Origin: an uncultured Acidobacteriota bacterium
GTDB taxonomy: Bacteria; Acidobacteriota; UBA6911
DNA: 64,000 nucleotides
Direction of reading: 5' to 3'
NCBI GenBank assembly: GCA_963809485.1
Contig: CAWEJX010000007.1
Span: 640,001-704,000 of the forward strand
In this document: one piece after another, positions 8,453 through 19,339 of the stretch
Numbering within the stretch: position 1 is the first letter of the stretch
How the letters are laid out: each line of letters starts with the position of its first letter
The notes under the pieces: model-generated
What the model was told of the DNA's origin: nothing
The model's input: the letters and a program-made list of their open reading frames with translations, nothing else
Database searches by the model: none
Translations under genes and position numbers: made by a program

Positions 8453-10927
8453 TCAGATCTTGCCGAGGGCTTTTAGCGCCCGTTGCGGTGTCAGCGGATA
8501 GTCGAGAGCCCATTTGCCGGTGGCGTTGAAGAATGCCCCGGCGGTAATTCCCGACATGGACGCGCCGGAAGCTTCGCCGACGCCGCAGGCGCCGTACGAC
8601 GAGTAGCCCATGTGGCTCTCATTGAGGATGCACTTTACCTCGGGGTAGTCGTTCATCGTGCCGATGTGGTAGCCGATGTTGTCGAAGTTCAGGCCGACGC
8701 CGGTGCGCGGGCAGTAGACCTTTTCTTCGGTTGCGCTTCTCCCCAGGCCCATGATCGCGCCGCCATATTGCTGCGCCTCCGCGCCGCGGCGGCTGAAAAG
8801 ATGTCCCACATCATTGACGCAAACCACGTTGGTAACGATAATTTCGCCGGTCTCGGTATCCACTTCCACCTCGATGAAATGCGCCTGGCGGCTCATGATG
8901 TACATCGCCGGATGCGGTTTCCCGTCTAAGGTCAAGCTTGTTATGGCCGGCGCAATCGGGTGGGTAATGGCCGGATCCTCTCCCCAGAAAGCATTCGCAA
9001 CTTCTTTGACGCTTTTTCTGTTGCCGGGATTTGCTTTTTCGAAAATGTAGCTATCCCTGATATCCAGCTCTTCAACCGTTTTCCCGGGAAACATCGGTTG
9101 AGGCGTGGCCTTCATCGGCATCATCATCCCCCCCGGACGCGACCGCACGGCGAAGCTGAGGATTTTCTTCTTCATCTCTCTCGCAGCCAGTACGAGCTGC
9201 GGCGTGGAATTTCCGATCCCCATAGCTCCACCGGGGACCCAGAACTGATAAGCGTGCGCGTCGGATCGCTGCACATGTATCACCGTGTCCTCGTATCGCA
9301 CTCCCGCTTCCGATGCCACGCATTTCCGGAATGATGATTCCGTATCCATCCCGAAATCCGCCCGTTCTCCAATAATGTGGATCTTTCCTTCGCGCAGAAT
9401 CAGGCAGCCGAAATGCCGTCCCGCCATCCAGCTCCACTCGTTAATGTGGACGAAACCCAGTCCGTGCATTCTCCCGTTCGGCAGTCTCACGGCTCCCGGG
9501 GCATGCCGTTTCCTGTCCCAGTCGATTGCCTTTTTCCCAAGCTCAATAACTTCCTTCAGACTTTGCCGCTGAGGGAAGCTGTTTTCCTTCTGGTAATTTG
9601 TGACCCAATCCCAGTCGTGTCCCTGGCAACCGTCATTTTTGAGGGCAACTTCTGTCGGGTCGAGGCCGAATTCTGCAGCGACTTTGTCGAACATTACGTT
9701 GTGTGGTACGCAGCAGTGGGCGCCGTGTCTGAAGCAGATGTGATGGCCTGTGTTGATAAGAGCCCATTCCTGCGTGTTCCGCAGGCTGGGAATGGCGGTG
9801 GACTCGTGGGTTTTGTCAATGTGCAGCTCCCCGAAAGGTCCGATGACGTGCCAGTCGCAAGCCGTAATCGTCCCGTCCTTTTTTGCGCCGACCTTGCATC
9901 TGTAGACAGCCGTGTCGTCGCCATTCGCATAAAAATTGCTCTCGTCATACAGCACCTTCACCGGACGGTTCTTGGCTCTTTTGGCCAAGATTGCCGCCAT
10001 GCGTATGAAAGCCACGGAATAGGCGAGCCACGCGAGGCCGCCGTACCACGCGCCCTGGTACGGAGTGTTCACGGTAATCTTGTTGTAATCGCAGATGGCG
10101 GGAATCGGATCTGTCCGGTCCTTGGGCGGAGATTTAACTTCGAGAGAAGAGGGGCTGTATCCAAGTGCGGTATTGGCCAAAGAGAATGAGGGCGAAACGG
10201 CACTGGCCAGAATGGGCTGCATGTGGGCCGTGTGGTGCGGCCATATATCGAGGCAATCATCTCTCCACTGGACGACGCAGGCCATAGCTTCGACGCCCGC
10301 GACAGTATTGGTCGCCCTCGTCAGCGCGTATTCGATAACCTTGTCCGCTTCTGCAAAGCCCTTCTGGATATCGCCGATCTCGGTCGTCTTCGTCACAAGG
10401 GTGTTGGGCGGCTTCGCTTTGGGATTATTGCGCAGCACTTCGGGCATTATCTTTGGAGCGTCCGGTTTCATCGATTCTTCCATGTCCAGGATGAACGGCT
10501 GCTCTTCCCATTGAATCTCAATCAGCCGGAGCGCGCGGTCGCAAATTTCTTCGCTTTCTGCCACTACGACGACGCCCATCGGGTGCTGATAAAAGTCGCT
10601 GGTGCGGGGAAGCGTGAGGATGTTGTACTGACTGGAACAATATCCACCGGTGCAATTTTCCAGCGCGATGTCCGGATCGTCGAATCTCAATATATCGCGG
10701 ACTCCCGCGAGCGCTTCGGCTTTGCGGGTGTCCATGCTCACGATTCTGGCGTGCGCGTATGGCGAAGTAAGAATCTTGGCATACAGCATGCCGGGAAAGT
10801 TCAAATCCCTTGTATAAAGCCCTTGGCCCGACAATTTATCGTGCGCGTCATGCCGCGGGGTGCTGTATTCAACCGGCGTGAAACCTTCGGGAATTTTCCA
10901 TGTCCAGGGCCTATATTCTTCCGGCAT
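8453..10927 (-). CDS. Xanthine-dehydrogenase-family molybdopterin-binding large subunit
   Basis: GMLYAKILTSPYAHARI, EVEVDTETGEI, NDVG, AQQYGGAIMGLG, GVGE, PLTPQRAL; RBS AAGGAGG before MPEEY. Confidence 0.92.
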   Translation of the reverse strand: MPEEYRPWTWKIPEGFTPVEYSTPRHDAHDKLSGQGLYTRDLNFPGMLYAKILTSPYAHARIVSMDTRKAEALAGVRDILRFDDPDIALENCTGGYCSSQYNILTLPRTSDFYQHPMGVVVVAESEEICDRALRLIEIQWEEQPFILDMEESMKPDAPKIMPEVLRNNPKAKPPNTLVTKTTEIGDIQKGFAEADKVIEYALTRATNTVAGVEAMACVVQWRDDCLDIWPHHTAHMQPILASAVSPSFSLANTALGYSPSSLEVKSPPKDRTDPIPAICDYNKITVNTPYQGAWYGGLAWLAYSVAFIRMAAILAKRAKNRPVKVLYDESNFYANGDDTAVYRCKVGAKKDGTITACDWHVIGPFGELHIDKTHESTAIPSLRNTQEWALINTGHHICFRHGAHCCVPHNVMFDKVAAEFGLDPTEVALKNDGCQGHDWDWVTNYQKENSFPQRQSLKEVIELGKKAIDWDRKRHAPGAVRLPNGRMHGLGFVHINEWSWMAGRHFGCLILREGKIHIIGERADFGMDTESSFRKCVASEAGVRYEDTVIHVQRSDAHAYQFWVPGGAMGIGNSTPQLVLAAREMKKKILSFAVRSRPGGMMMPMKATPQPMFPGKTVEELDIRDSYIFEKANPGNRKSVKEVANAFWGEDPAITHPIAPAITSLTLDGKPHPAMYIMSRQAHFIEVEVDTETGEIIVTNVVCVNDVGHLFSRRGAEAQQYGGAIMGLGRSATEEKVYCPRTGVGLNFDNIGYHIGTMNDYPEVKCILNESHMGYSSYGACGVGEASGASMSGITAGAFFNATGKWALDYPLTPQRALKALGKI

Positions 10928-10967
10928 CTGAGTCCTCCTTCTCCAACAATAGCAACAACTATAACTC

Positions 10968-11026
10968 ATCGGGGTCGGAATCGGGGTCGAAATTAATCCA
11001 GAAAAAGCCGACCCTGATTCCGAATC
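10968..11026. repeat. Short palindromic remnant related to R1 ends
   Basis: atcggggtcggaatcggggtcg...ccgaccctgattccga shares the ATCGGGGTC end motif and stutter. Confidence 0.55.
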
Positions 11027-11177
11027 ATAATCGTTTTATCTTTCCCCAATGCGTTGAGTCAAACGCGGCCAGATGCCGAGGCTGCCTTATGGACAAAACA
11101 GCCGCGAATTTCGCCTGTTCTGATGCCAATATTGGTGAAATTCGTGGCTGTTTTGGGGAAATGCGAAGGAGAGAAAA

Positions 11178-11265
11178 ATGAGCTTTAAGGAATATGTTGA
11201 TTTTGCCAATGTGAACAAGACCTGTTACCTGCCGACCGTCGAGGGGGATCAGCCGAGAGTGCTTT
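11178..11265 (+). pseudogene. Pyridoxamine-5'-phosphate-oxidase-family N-terminal fragment
   Basis: RBS AAGGAG; MSFKEYVDFANVNKTCYLPTVEGDQPRV resembles the (L)ATVEGDQPRVR motif, then homology stops. Confidence 0.6.
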
Positions 11266-11359
11266 TGCATGTCTGGCGCGCCGGTGACAATAAGGGCCGG
11301 CATTGCGCTCAAGTGCCTTTTCAACGCGTTCATCATGTGGCGTGGATTCGGCTGGGGAT

Positions 11360-11570
11360 CGGTTGCCGAAATGTCGAAGAAGTACCCAGAGGCGGGGGCG
11401 CTGCAGCAAGTGACAGAAGTAGGAGCGCTCACGTCGCCGGCGTTTGTATTAACCATCAAGAATCCGGATCGTTTCCAGAAGAACCGCGATGTGGGTCCTT
11501 ACTTGGGGCTGGCGCCGAAGCAGGATGAATCGGGGGAGAGCTCGCCGCAATTGAGAATCACCGAGACAGG
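11360..11570 (+). pseudogene. IS110-family transposase internal fragment
   Basis: YPEAGALQQVTEVGALTSPAFVLTIKNPDRFQKNRDVGPYLGLAPKQDESGESSPQLRITETG (Transposase_20-like region). Confidence 0.8.
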
Positions 11571-11723
11571 AGTTCTGAATTTCGGAGCAAAGGCTTTTTT
11601 TAACCGCCGATTAGCTGTAGATTAGGCGGTATAAATGGTTCGTGTTTGCCACGGTGTGGCGGGATGTCAAGCCGGACAAGGCCCGGCCCAACCTTTCTGC
11701 ATGAAAAAGGGAGGAGAATAGAG

Positions 11724-13739
11724 ATGGCTAACGGGTACGCAGGAAGGATACTGAGCGTCAATCTGACGACCAAGGAAACCGGCACCATCGACACCGCCAA
11801 GTACGAGGAATTTGGGGGCGGCTACGGAATGGGAACGGCCCTCTTCTGGGATCTGGCGGTAGCTCCGGGTACATGGGATTTGAAGGATGCTTACGATCCC
11901 CGGAATGTCCTTTCTTTTATGGCCGGTCCTTTGGCTGCCACGGGCGTTCCGGGCGCGGGAAGAACAAGCATTTGCGGGCTGTCTCCGGAGACGTTTCCAA
12001 CCTGCGAATTCTGGCGGGGCAATTTCGGCGGCCAGTTTGGAACCATGATGAAACTTGCGGGTTGGGACGGAGTTGTGGTGGAAGGCAAGGCCGAAAAGCC
12101 GGTGTGGATCAACATCATTAACGACCAGGTCAAGATTGAAGATGCCAAAGAGCTTTGGGGCCTGGATACCTGGGAGACGCAGAACCGAATTACGTCGATG
12201 GTGGGCGGGAAAACCCGTTTTGGCGAAGAATGGCAACAGATCGGGGAATCCTATACCACCGCCCGACCGCAGATCGTCTGCATCGGTCCGGTGGGCGAGG
12301 CCAGGTCAAGACTCGCCGCCCTGATTTCCGGCAGCGGGATCAATGCGCGGATCGGCGGCTACGGTGCGGTTTTCGGGGCCAAGTATTTGAAAGCTGTCAG
12401 CGTAGTCGGAACCGGCGGCGTGCAGATGTCGGACCCCGCGGGTGTCCTGGAAGCCAGACTCCGCCAGATGCAGTCAGGGAGAGTTTTTCCGCGCCGGACC
12501 GGGGCGGCGTCCTGTTCTCCCTGCCTGAACGGAGATCGGCGTAGAAGCAATTATTACGGCGGCGAAACCATGTGCGCCTGTCAGGGCTGGCTCGGTGGCG
12601 GTAAGAGCCCGACGGATCAGGACCGGGCTTCCGAAGCGTTGATAAAATACGGCCTCAGCAGTTGGTCGGCCCATTGGAGCAGGGACACTTATGAGTATGC
12701 CGGCGCGCCGGAGTTTTTCCATGGGAAAGTGCCGTCAGACTGCGGCCTTGGCGATTATCTTCGGTACCTCTACGAGCAGGGGCTGCTAGGCCCGGGAAAG
12801 CAGATCGATTCGGCGCCGTTGCCCATGGATCAATTTGACGGGCTTGGTTTTCGCCTGGCTTTCCTGGACGCGATTTCCCGGCGCGTTGGGATTGGCGATG
12901 CCCTGGCCGAGGGCTGCTGCCGGGCCGCTCAGAAATGGGGACGGCTGGAAACCGACAGGGATAGCGGCGCCCTGCGCCTTCCCGCCTGGGGAGCTACAAG
13001 CCACTGGCATATGCCCTGTGTGGAATGGGCCTATGCGTACATGCTCGGAGCGGGCGATCCTGCCTGGCATGGATTCATGGCTGCTACCGGCCCTTCCCGC
13101 GACGGTACCCCCTTGGAAAAATCTCTGGAGAATTTATCGAGGAAGACCATCCCGTATACGGACGACATCTTCATGTTCAATTATGCATGGAAGGGCGAAG
13201 AGGCCTGGAAGACCGGCATCTATTCCCCGCATAAAGCCAAGCAAGTGGCCTGGAGCCGTCACTATTCTTCATTCTGGCATGAGTCCATGGCCTTTTGCGA
13301 GATGCTCCATGGCGGAATAGGCAACAATAGTCCGGAGATGGAAATCAGTTACTTCAAAGCCGTTACCGGGAAAAAGGACTCCTTTGCCGATACGATGCGA
13401 ATCGGTCAAAAAATCTGGACCCTGGAGCGCGCCATCCGCGTTATGCACGGGAGAAGCCGGCAAACGGAAGACTTCTTTCCGTTCATGTACAAGCCGGGAG
13501 CATCGGGCAAGGCTAAGTACGGCGGAGTGCCTATCTACGAGAACGGCAAATGGCGCTACGATGCAGCCCCGGATATGTACCTCGACCGGAAGGGTGTGGA
13601 CGATTTCAAAAGCCACTTCTATGACCTGGAAGGCTGGGACAAAGAACACGGCTGGCCAACCCGAAAAACATTGGAAGACTTTGGCCTGAAGAGAGTCGCC
13701 GATACGATGGCGGCCAAGGGAAGGCTGGGAGCTTCCTAA
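11724..13739 (+). CDS. Aldehyde:ferredoxin oxidoreductase family (tungstopterin) protein
   Basis: GYAGRILSVNLT, GGQFGTMMKLAGWDGVVVEGKAEKPV, GAVFGAKYLKAV, FYDLEGWD..GWPT...LEDFGL; RBS GGAGG. Confidence 0.9.
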   Translation: MANGYAGRILSVNLTTKETGTIDTAKYEEFGGGYGMGTALFWDLAVAPGTWDLKDAYDPRNVLSFMAGPLAATGVPGAGRTSICGLSPETFPTCEFWRGNFGGQFGTMMKLAGWDGVVVEGKAEKPVWINIINDQVKIEDAKELWGLDTWETQNRITSMVGGKTRFGEEWQQIGESYTTARPQIVCIGPVGEARSRLAALISGSGINARIGGYGAVFGAKYLKAVSVVGTGGVQMSDPAGVLEARLRQMQSGRVFPRRTGAASCSPCLNGDRRRSNYYGGETMCACQGWLGGGKSPTDQDRASEALIKYGLSSWSAHWSRDTYEYAGAPEFFHGKVPSDCGLGDYLRYLYEQGLLGPGKQIDSAPLPMDQFDGLGFRLAFLDAISRRVGIGDALAEGCCRAAQKWGRLETDRDSGALRLPAWGATSHWHMPCVEWAYAYMLGAGDPAWHGFMAATGPSRDGTPLEKSLENLSRKTIPYTDDIFMFNYAWKGEEAWKTGIYSPHKAKQVAWSRHYSSFWHESMAFCEMLHGGIGNNSPEMEISYFKAVTGKKDSFADTMRIGQKIWTLERAIRVMHGRSRQTEDFFPFMYKPGASGKAKYGGVPIYENGKWRYDAAPDMYLDRKGVDDFKSHFYDLEGWDKEHGWPTRKTLEDFGLKRVADTMAAKGRLGAS

Positions 13740-14232
13740 AGCGGCAATTTGGCGCCCAAAGCCCACAACGCGGTCAGACGGCCCTTCCCCCGCCAGCGGC
13801 AGCGGGGATCCGTCAATCTGAGGGACGGTCCGCCGACGCCAAAGTATTGGCCCAATGTGGATCCGGAACAATATCCACTCCCCGGCCAGATCATAGTTCC
13901 TCCACCGTCATTCAGCGGCAATTCCGGGCGGCCGGTTTTTATGCCGAACGGCAGTGTTAAAAGCATGGCCTGAAAAAGCCAAAAACAGACCGCTTCGGGC
14001 AGAAAGAAGGGACGCGCGGGATGAGCGTTTTTCTTGGATGTCCCAAAAGAATGGAGCGAAATTTTCACAGGATTGGATCGATTGAGAAAGGCTGTGAAAC
14101 GATCGAAGCATTGAGGAACGCGTCACTGAATATTGGGAATCCTGCTTCCAGTAATTGCAGCATATGCCGTAAAGAGCTTTTGGTATTCAATATTCTCTGC
14201 AAACCATTTGTTTCAAACCTGAAGGAGGTTAT

Positions 14233-14802
14233 ATGAAAACCAAACCATCGCGCAGGACGTTTTTGCAGGCAGGACTGATTCTGCCCTCAGTCGGAATAGT
14301 TATTCCTCCCCTAAACCTGGAAGCGGCCTTTCAGGCGCCCGATGCAAAGACACCCCCCAAACAGCAGCAGCCCGCAGGCTACACAGACAGCGGCAAGTAT
14401 GGGAAATATGTAATAAAGGAGCCTTATGTGAAGCATCATCAGCTGGAAGATATTACCGTAGGTTCGCAGCAGCTTATGGCGGACTGCATTATGACGCACC
14501 AGGTGTTTTTTAAACAGGAAATGATTGTTGGAGTGCCTATGGCGCACGATTTTGTGCAGATCATCGGTTTCATTGGAACAAATCCGATGAATTGCCGGGA
14601 GTTTGATGCAGAAATCGAATTTTGCCTGGGCGAGGAATTGGAAAAACACACCATAAACGTGCCCACCGTGGTGTCTATCGCAAAGGATTTATTCCACGGT
14701 CCAATCGAGATTAAGAAAATCAACAAGCCCTTCATCTTTCTCGAGATTATGCTGACGTCCAGCTACGGCAAGCCGAAAATGCTGCCCAAGCCTTCTGCCT
14801 AA
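14233..14802 (+). CDS. Tat-exported cupin-fold protein (paralog 3)
   Basis: SRRTFLQ; GKYGKYVI; variant metal motif MAHDFVQ...LFHGP; RBS AAGGAGG. Confidence 0.85.
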   Translation: MKTKPSRRTFLQAGLILPSVGIVIPPLNLEAAFQAPDAKTPPKQQQPAGYTDSGKYGKYVIKEPYVKHHQLEDITVGSQQLMADCIMTHQVFFKQEMIVGVPMAHDFVQIIGFIGTNPMNCREFDAEIEFCLGEELEKHTINVPTVVSIAKDLFHGPIEIKKINKPFIFLEIMLTSSYGKPKMLPKPSA

Positions 14803-15483
14803 GACAAAGACCGGACGCCTGAAGATTTGGTATCATCCTGAGCCCGTGTCGCTGTTAGCGCCGTCTCTGGAAGAGGCTCATGGATAGTGGGGAATTTGCG
14901 TCCTTTTTATTGCTGATTGGGCGGGCGCAAATGCAAACACCTTAGGGCAAGGACTGCGCTCATAGGCCCGCCCACGGCATACGGAAAGGACGCGGAGCCC
15001 TCCGGCAAGTTTGTGGTCCGGGAGGACGGCAGGTTCCACAGCTGCATCGAAAATCTACAGCCCTGGAACCATCAGGGAAGAAATCATCTTCCATGCTGTC
15101 GGCGCCCATGTCCCGTATCCGCTTCTGACAGCTGCAGGAAAACCCGAAAGAAATACCGGAGCCCTGCAAGAAGGGAATCCGTGGATTACGAAGCCGGCTT
15201 CATTTTCAGGGAACCGAGGCCGCGGTTTAGCCAGGCCCGCGATACTCGCCAGTCCGGGCGGCGCCTTTTCCCGAATGATTTTTAGCGTATGCCTGTTTTT
15301 ATGTGGAGCCGATACTCCATCCAGCCCCCACATAAAACAGGCTCGGATGAGCAGTTTGGCCCCTATGCTTCCCCTGTCACAGCACTTGTTCGAAGTGCGG
15401 CCAAATCACAAATCATAAATGAGCTTACATCCGATCTGTGATACGATCCCTGCGTTATGAAGAATCGAAAATTGGAGGAGTGC

Positions 15484-16344
15484 ATGAAGTGCTTACTGAA
15501 TGGGATCGCGTTATTGTTTCTCGTTAGCCCCAGTCTGATTGCGGCTCCGGCCTGTGACCGCCAGTGCCTTGCCGGGTTTGTGACCCAGTATTTGGATGCC
15601 ATGGTAGCGCGCAAGCCGGGAAGCCTGCCGGTCGCTGCAAACCTGAAGTACACGGAAGACTGCAAGCAGATCAAGCCGGGCGAAGGAGAATGGACCAAAA
15701 TCTCCGGGCTGACTGCATACCGGAGAGACATCCTGGATGTTCGTGAGGGAGTCGCTGTCTCCTTTCTCGTGATCGAAGAAGACAAGTCTCCCGTGTTGTA
15801 TGCGCTGCGGCTCAAAATCGCGGACAAAAAGATAACCGAAATCGAGTCGATGGCGGTTCATGGTCAGAAGGAGGGGATGATCCTCGACACATCCAATCTT
15901 CAAACCGTCAGCAAAATGATGGTGTCGTTTCCGGATAAAACACAGCTGGGTACGCGGGAAGAGATGATCAAGGCGGCCTTGACCTACCCGGCGGGCCTGA
16001 AAATCGGCAGCTTTGTTAAAGTCGACTCGCCGATGGCGACCGATGCCTACCGCTTCGAGAACGGGAAGCTGATGGCCGGCCCCGGATGCACATTTTTCCC
16101 GACCTGCGATGTTATGAAGACTCAGAAAATCCCCGTTTTATCCGGGATCACGCAGCGGGTTATCGCCGTGGATGAAGAGCTTGGAGTTGTAGCTCTGAGG
16201 ATGAACTTTGGCCCGGGTTCTCTTTTTAGCGGAAAGGGCGAGTTGGATGTCTGGCATTCGTTCAAGATCACCGGCGGCCTGATTCGCGCGGCGGAAGCCT
16301 TCTGCAAACAGATGCCTCCCGCCACGAAATCCGGCTGGGAATAA
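15484..16344 (+). CDS. Secreted protein of the CDRxCL family (probable tandem NTF2/SnoaL-like fold)
   Basis: Signal peptide, ACDRQCL...QYLDAM, LRLKIADKKITEIES, RFENG, FKITGGLIR; paralog at 25006-25980. Confidence 0.8.
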   Translation: MKCLLNGIALLFLVSPSLIAAPACDRQCLAGFVTQYLDAMVARKPGSLPVAANLKYTEDCKQIKPGEGEWTKISGLTAYRRDILDVREGVAVSFLVIEEDKSPVLYALRLKIADKKITEIESMAVHGQKEGMILDTSNLQTVSKMMVSFPDKTQLGTREEMIKAALTYPAGLKIGSFVKVDSPMATDAYRFENGKLMAGPGCTFFPTCDVMKTQKIPVLSGITQRVIAVDEELGVVALRMNFGPGSLFSGKGELDVWHSFKITGGLIRAAEAFCKQMPPATKSGWE

Positions 16345-16626
16345 AAAACGAACCGCAGAACTTCGAATGGCGGATATAGAACCCGAAATTGGAAATTCTG
16401 CGGTTTGCTTTTTCCAGCAAGGGCGGGGTCGGACCGGAAGAAGCTGAAGAAATACAAGGGCATCCGCTGAAAAGCCGCCCAATTTTTGCCCGCGCATTTT
16501 TCAGCAAAAATCCTGATCAAAACCGTTCAAGACGGTCCTGTGCTGTTTGGCATGGGACCAGGCCGTGCGACGCCGATTGATTCGACCTGCAGAATCCGCA
16601 TTTTCGATTATCCCCAGTATTCTCTC

Positions 16627-17122
16627 CTAGAACATGCCGTTCGGGTTTGACCGCCTTCACCGGGACGTCCTGAATCGCATCCCAGTGTTCCACGACTTTG
16701 CCGTGTTCATCAAACCGGAAACAGTCGAAAATCGCGCGGCCCGGGGTGTTGGGTGTCCGGATGGAATGCACATGAATAATCACGTAATTTCCATCAGCAA
16801 AAACGCGTTTCACTTCACTGTGCGCCTGGGGAAAGTCCCTTTTCAGCATGGCAAGAAACTCCCTGAAGCCTTCCTTACCGTCTCCTACCAGCGGATTATG
16901 CTGTTTATAATCGGCGCCGAGGTATTTGGATGCTGCTTCGTAGTCCTTTTTATTGATTGCAAAATCGTAGAACTCAAGCGCCGCTTTCTTGTTCCTCTCC
17001 ATGACGTCTCTTGAAACCGGCGCCGGTGAGAATGGGGCATTTTTTGCCTGAGGAGGCGCCGCGCCTGAAACTCCCAGAACCACAGGAATCAACACAACCG
17101 AAAGCAAAAAATATTTCAACAT
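16627..17122 (-). CDS. Secreted SnoaL/NTF2-family protein with an apparent +1 frameshift in the last codons
   Basis: NKKAALEFY, YKQHNP..GDGKEGF, FRFDEHGKVVEHWDAIQ. Removing one A at ~16647 gives the family-typical end VNPNGMF*. Confidence 0.85.
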
Positions 17123-17758
17123 TTTCAACCTCCTGATAGTGGGTTACACGGAAATGCAGCCGATGCTACTGCGCATCAGGCTAAAACCCCGCTTTATGGT
17201 AACTTTCCCGAATCGTCATCAAACCTTCGAAAGCGATTATGCTACAAGCTGAAAATGACGGCCATGGATTTTCCGCATCGCTTTCTTCTCTTACTTGATC
17301 AGGTATGCGTCGTAGAGTACTGCATGCACAGCCGCATGCCGGCGCCGATTCCTATGGCACGATTCAGCCTGCACCATAGGTGTATTTATGATCTCTATCT
17401 AAAACCTACAACCTATTGTAAAATCAAGCCGTTACAAACAAATCGGCAAGGGCGGATGCCCGAAAGCTACATAATACCTCTGAGCAGAAACAGTGTAGAA
17501 GGCATCCGGGAAGCGGAATAGACGCCTGCCAGGCAAAGCGGCAGCTTGAACTTCCTGGCGCGGCCCGAGGCCGCAAGCAAAATATCCGACATTGGCGATG
17601 GCCGCCGGCAACGCCAAACGATCGGCAGCGTTTTTTGTTTGCACAAGGACGGCATTCCGCTATAAAATCCGGATTCTGATCTCGACGGCTGGACAGGGTT
17701 TGCTGGTTTCAAGGCAGCGTCCTGTTCTCAAGTCCTAATTCCTAACCTTTGAGGGAAA

Positions 17759-19339
17759 ATGATGTTTGATGAAAAAGCGAAAAAGCAGGTTAGCCGGCGC
17801 AGATTCCTGAAAGGAGCTGCCGTTGCCGCTCCGGGCGTGGCCGCCGCAAGCGTTCTGAATGCGCTGCCGCAGGCATCTGCCGCAATTCCAAAGAAGTGGG
17901 ACAAAGAAACAGACGTGGTCGTCATCGGTACAGGATTTGGCGGTCTATCGGCCGCTATTACCGTGAAAGACGCGGGAGCGAAAGTTTTGATCCTGGAGAA
18001 AATGGAACAGAAATATGAGGGCGGCAACAGCAAAGTATCAGGGAACATGTGGTGGACGCCGACCAATCTGCCGGAGGCGCTCACCTATATGGAAGCGCTC
18101 AACTATGGCCTCACAGACAAAGAAAGCGCGCAAGCCCTTGCCGAAGAAATGATGAAGCTGAACGATTGGCTTGCGAAGCTGGGAATCAATCCCAAACCGC
18201 TCGGGATGTTCCAGCCGGAGCATCCCGAGCTTCCGGGTTCGAGCTGCGTGCGCACATGGAACAACGGTGGAGTCGTGGGTGAGGGCAAGCTATGGATTCC
18301 TATCCGCGAACAGGTCGAGAAACGCGGGATCGAGATACTCTATGAAACGCCGGCAAAGGATTTGGTCCAGTCGCCGACAACGCGCGAGATCATCGGCGTT
18401 ATGGCAACCAGCAAAGGCAAACCAATCTCGGTTAAGGCGCGAAAAGGAGTTATCCTGGCCTGCGGCGGCTTTGAGTTCGATTTCGAGATGCAGAAGCAGT
18501 TTCTTCCCGGCTGGCCCACGTACGGCATGGGAACTCCCGGCAACACCGGAGATGGGATCCGAATGGCTCAAAAAGCGGGGGCAGCCCTTTGGCACATGAA
18601 TAATTCGCTTGCAGGGATAGGCTGCCTGATGGTGCCTGAGTATGCCCCTTTGATGATCTCAGCCGCATTGCCCACCCGCGCATATTTATATGTGGACAAA
18701 ACCGGCAAACGCTTCATGAACGAGTTGCGGACAAGCCGCCACGGATTTGGACACAAAGAAAATCTGCTGTATTTCGATGGAATCGTTGGGGATTTCACAC
18801 GGATTCCCACTTACGCCATATTCGACGAAACCACGCGAACCAAGGGCCCGATTATATCCACCTCCAAATGGAAATTCGGCTGGGCCGGCTGGCATATCCG
18901 CTACCAGTCAAGCAGTGACAACTCCAAAGAGATTGAGAAAGGGTGGATCGTGAAGGGAGACACTCTCGCTGATCTCGCAGGCAAACTTGGAATCAAGCCG
19001 GCCGACCTGGAAGAGACGGTGGCCAGGTACAACGGATATTGCAAAAACCAGGTCGACACCGAATTTGGGAGGCCCAAAGCAAGCCTGGTGGCGCTTGAAA
19101 AACCGCCATTCTATTGCATCAAACTCTACCCGTCCACGTTCAATACCCAGGGCGGACCCCGGCGGAACGGCAAATGCCAGGTGGTGGACCCCGATAACCA
19201 GCCGGTCCCGAGATTGTATAGCGCGGGCGAGCTGGGTTCCTTCTGGGGTTGGATGTATAACGGCGGCGGAAACAACGCGGAGGCCCTTTGCACAGGCCAA
19301 ATTGCAGGAAGGAATGTGGTCGCGGCCAAGCCCCGGTAA
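17759..19339 (+). CDS. Tat-exported FAD-dependent oxidoreductase (fumarate reductase/KstD flavoprotein superfamily)
   Basis: SRRRFLK; DVVVIGTGFGG, VILACGGF, NTGDGIRMA, FNTQGG, LYSAGE; lacks the fumarate-reductase HHTMGG and NRLGG motifs. Confidence 0.92.
   Translation: MMFDEKAKKQVSRRRFLKGAAVAAPGVAAASVLNALPQASAAIPKKWDKETDVVVIGTGFGGLSAAITVKDAGAKVLILEKMEQKYEGGNSKVSGNMWWTPTNLPEALTYMEALNYGLTDKESAQALAEEMMKLNDWLAKLGINPKPLGMFQPEHPELPGSSCVRTWNNGGVVGEGKLWIPIREQVEKRGIEILYETPAKDLVQSPTTREIIGVMATSKGKPISVKARKGVILACGGFEFDFEMQKQFLPGWPTYGMGTPGNTGDGIRMAQKAGAALWHMNNSLAGIGCLMVPEYAPLMISAALPTRAYLYVDKTGKRFMNELRTSRHGFGHKENLLYFDGIVGDFTRIPTYAIFDETTRTKGPIISTSKWKFGWAGWHIRYQSSSDNSKEIEKGWIVKGDTLADLAGKLGIKPADLEETVARYNGYCKNQVDTEFGRPKASLVALEKPPFYCIKLYPSTFNTQGGPRRNGKCQVVDPDNQPVPRLYSAGELGSFWGWMYNGGGNNAEALCTGQIAGRNVVAAKPR

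Noticed and set aside
13749-13973. Possible IS fragment after AOR
   Set aside because: No convincing motif in any frame.
14880-15420. Several overlapping ORFs
   Set aside because: No recognisable family, RBS or consistent frame; possibly decayed DNA.
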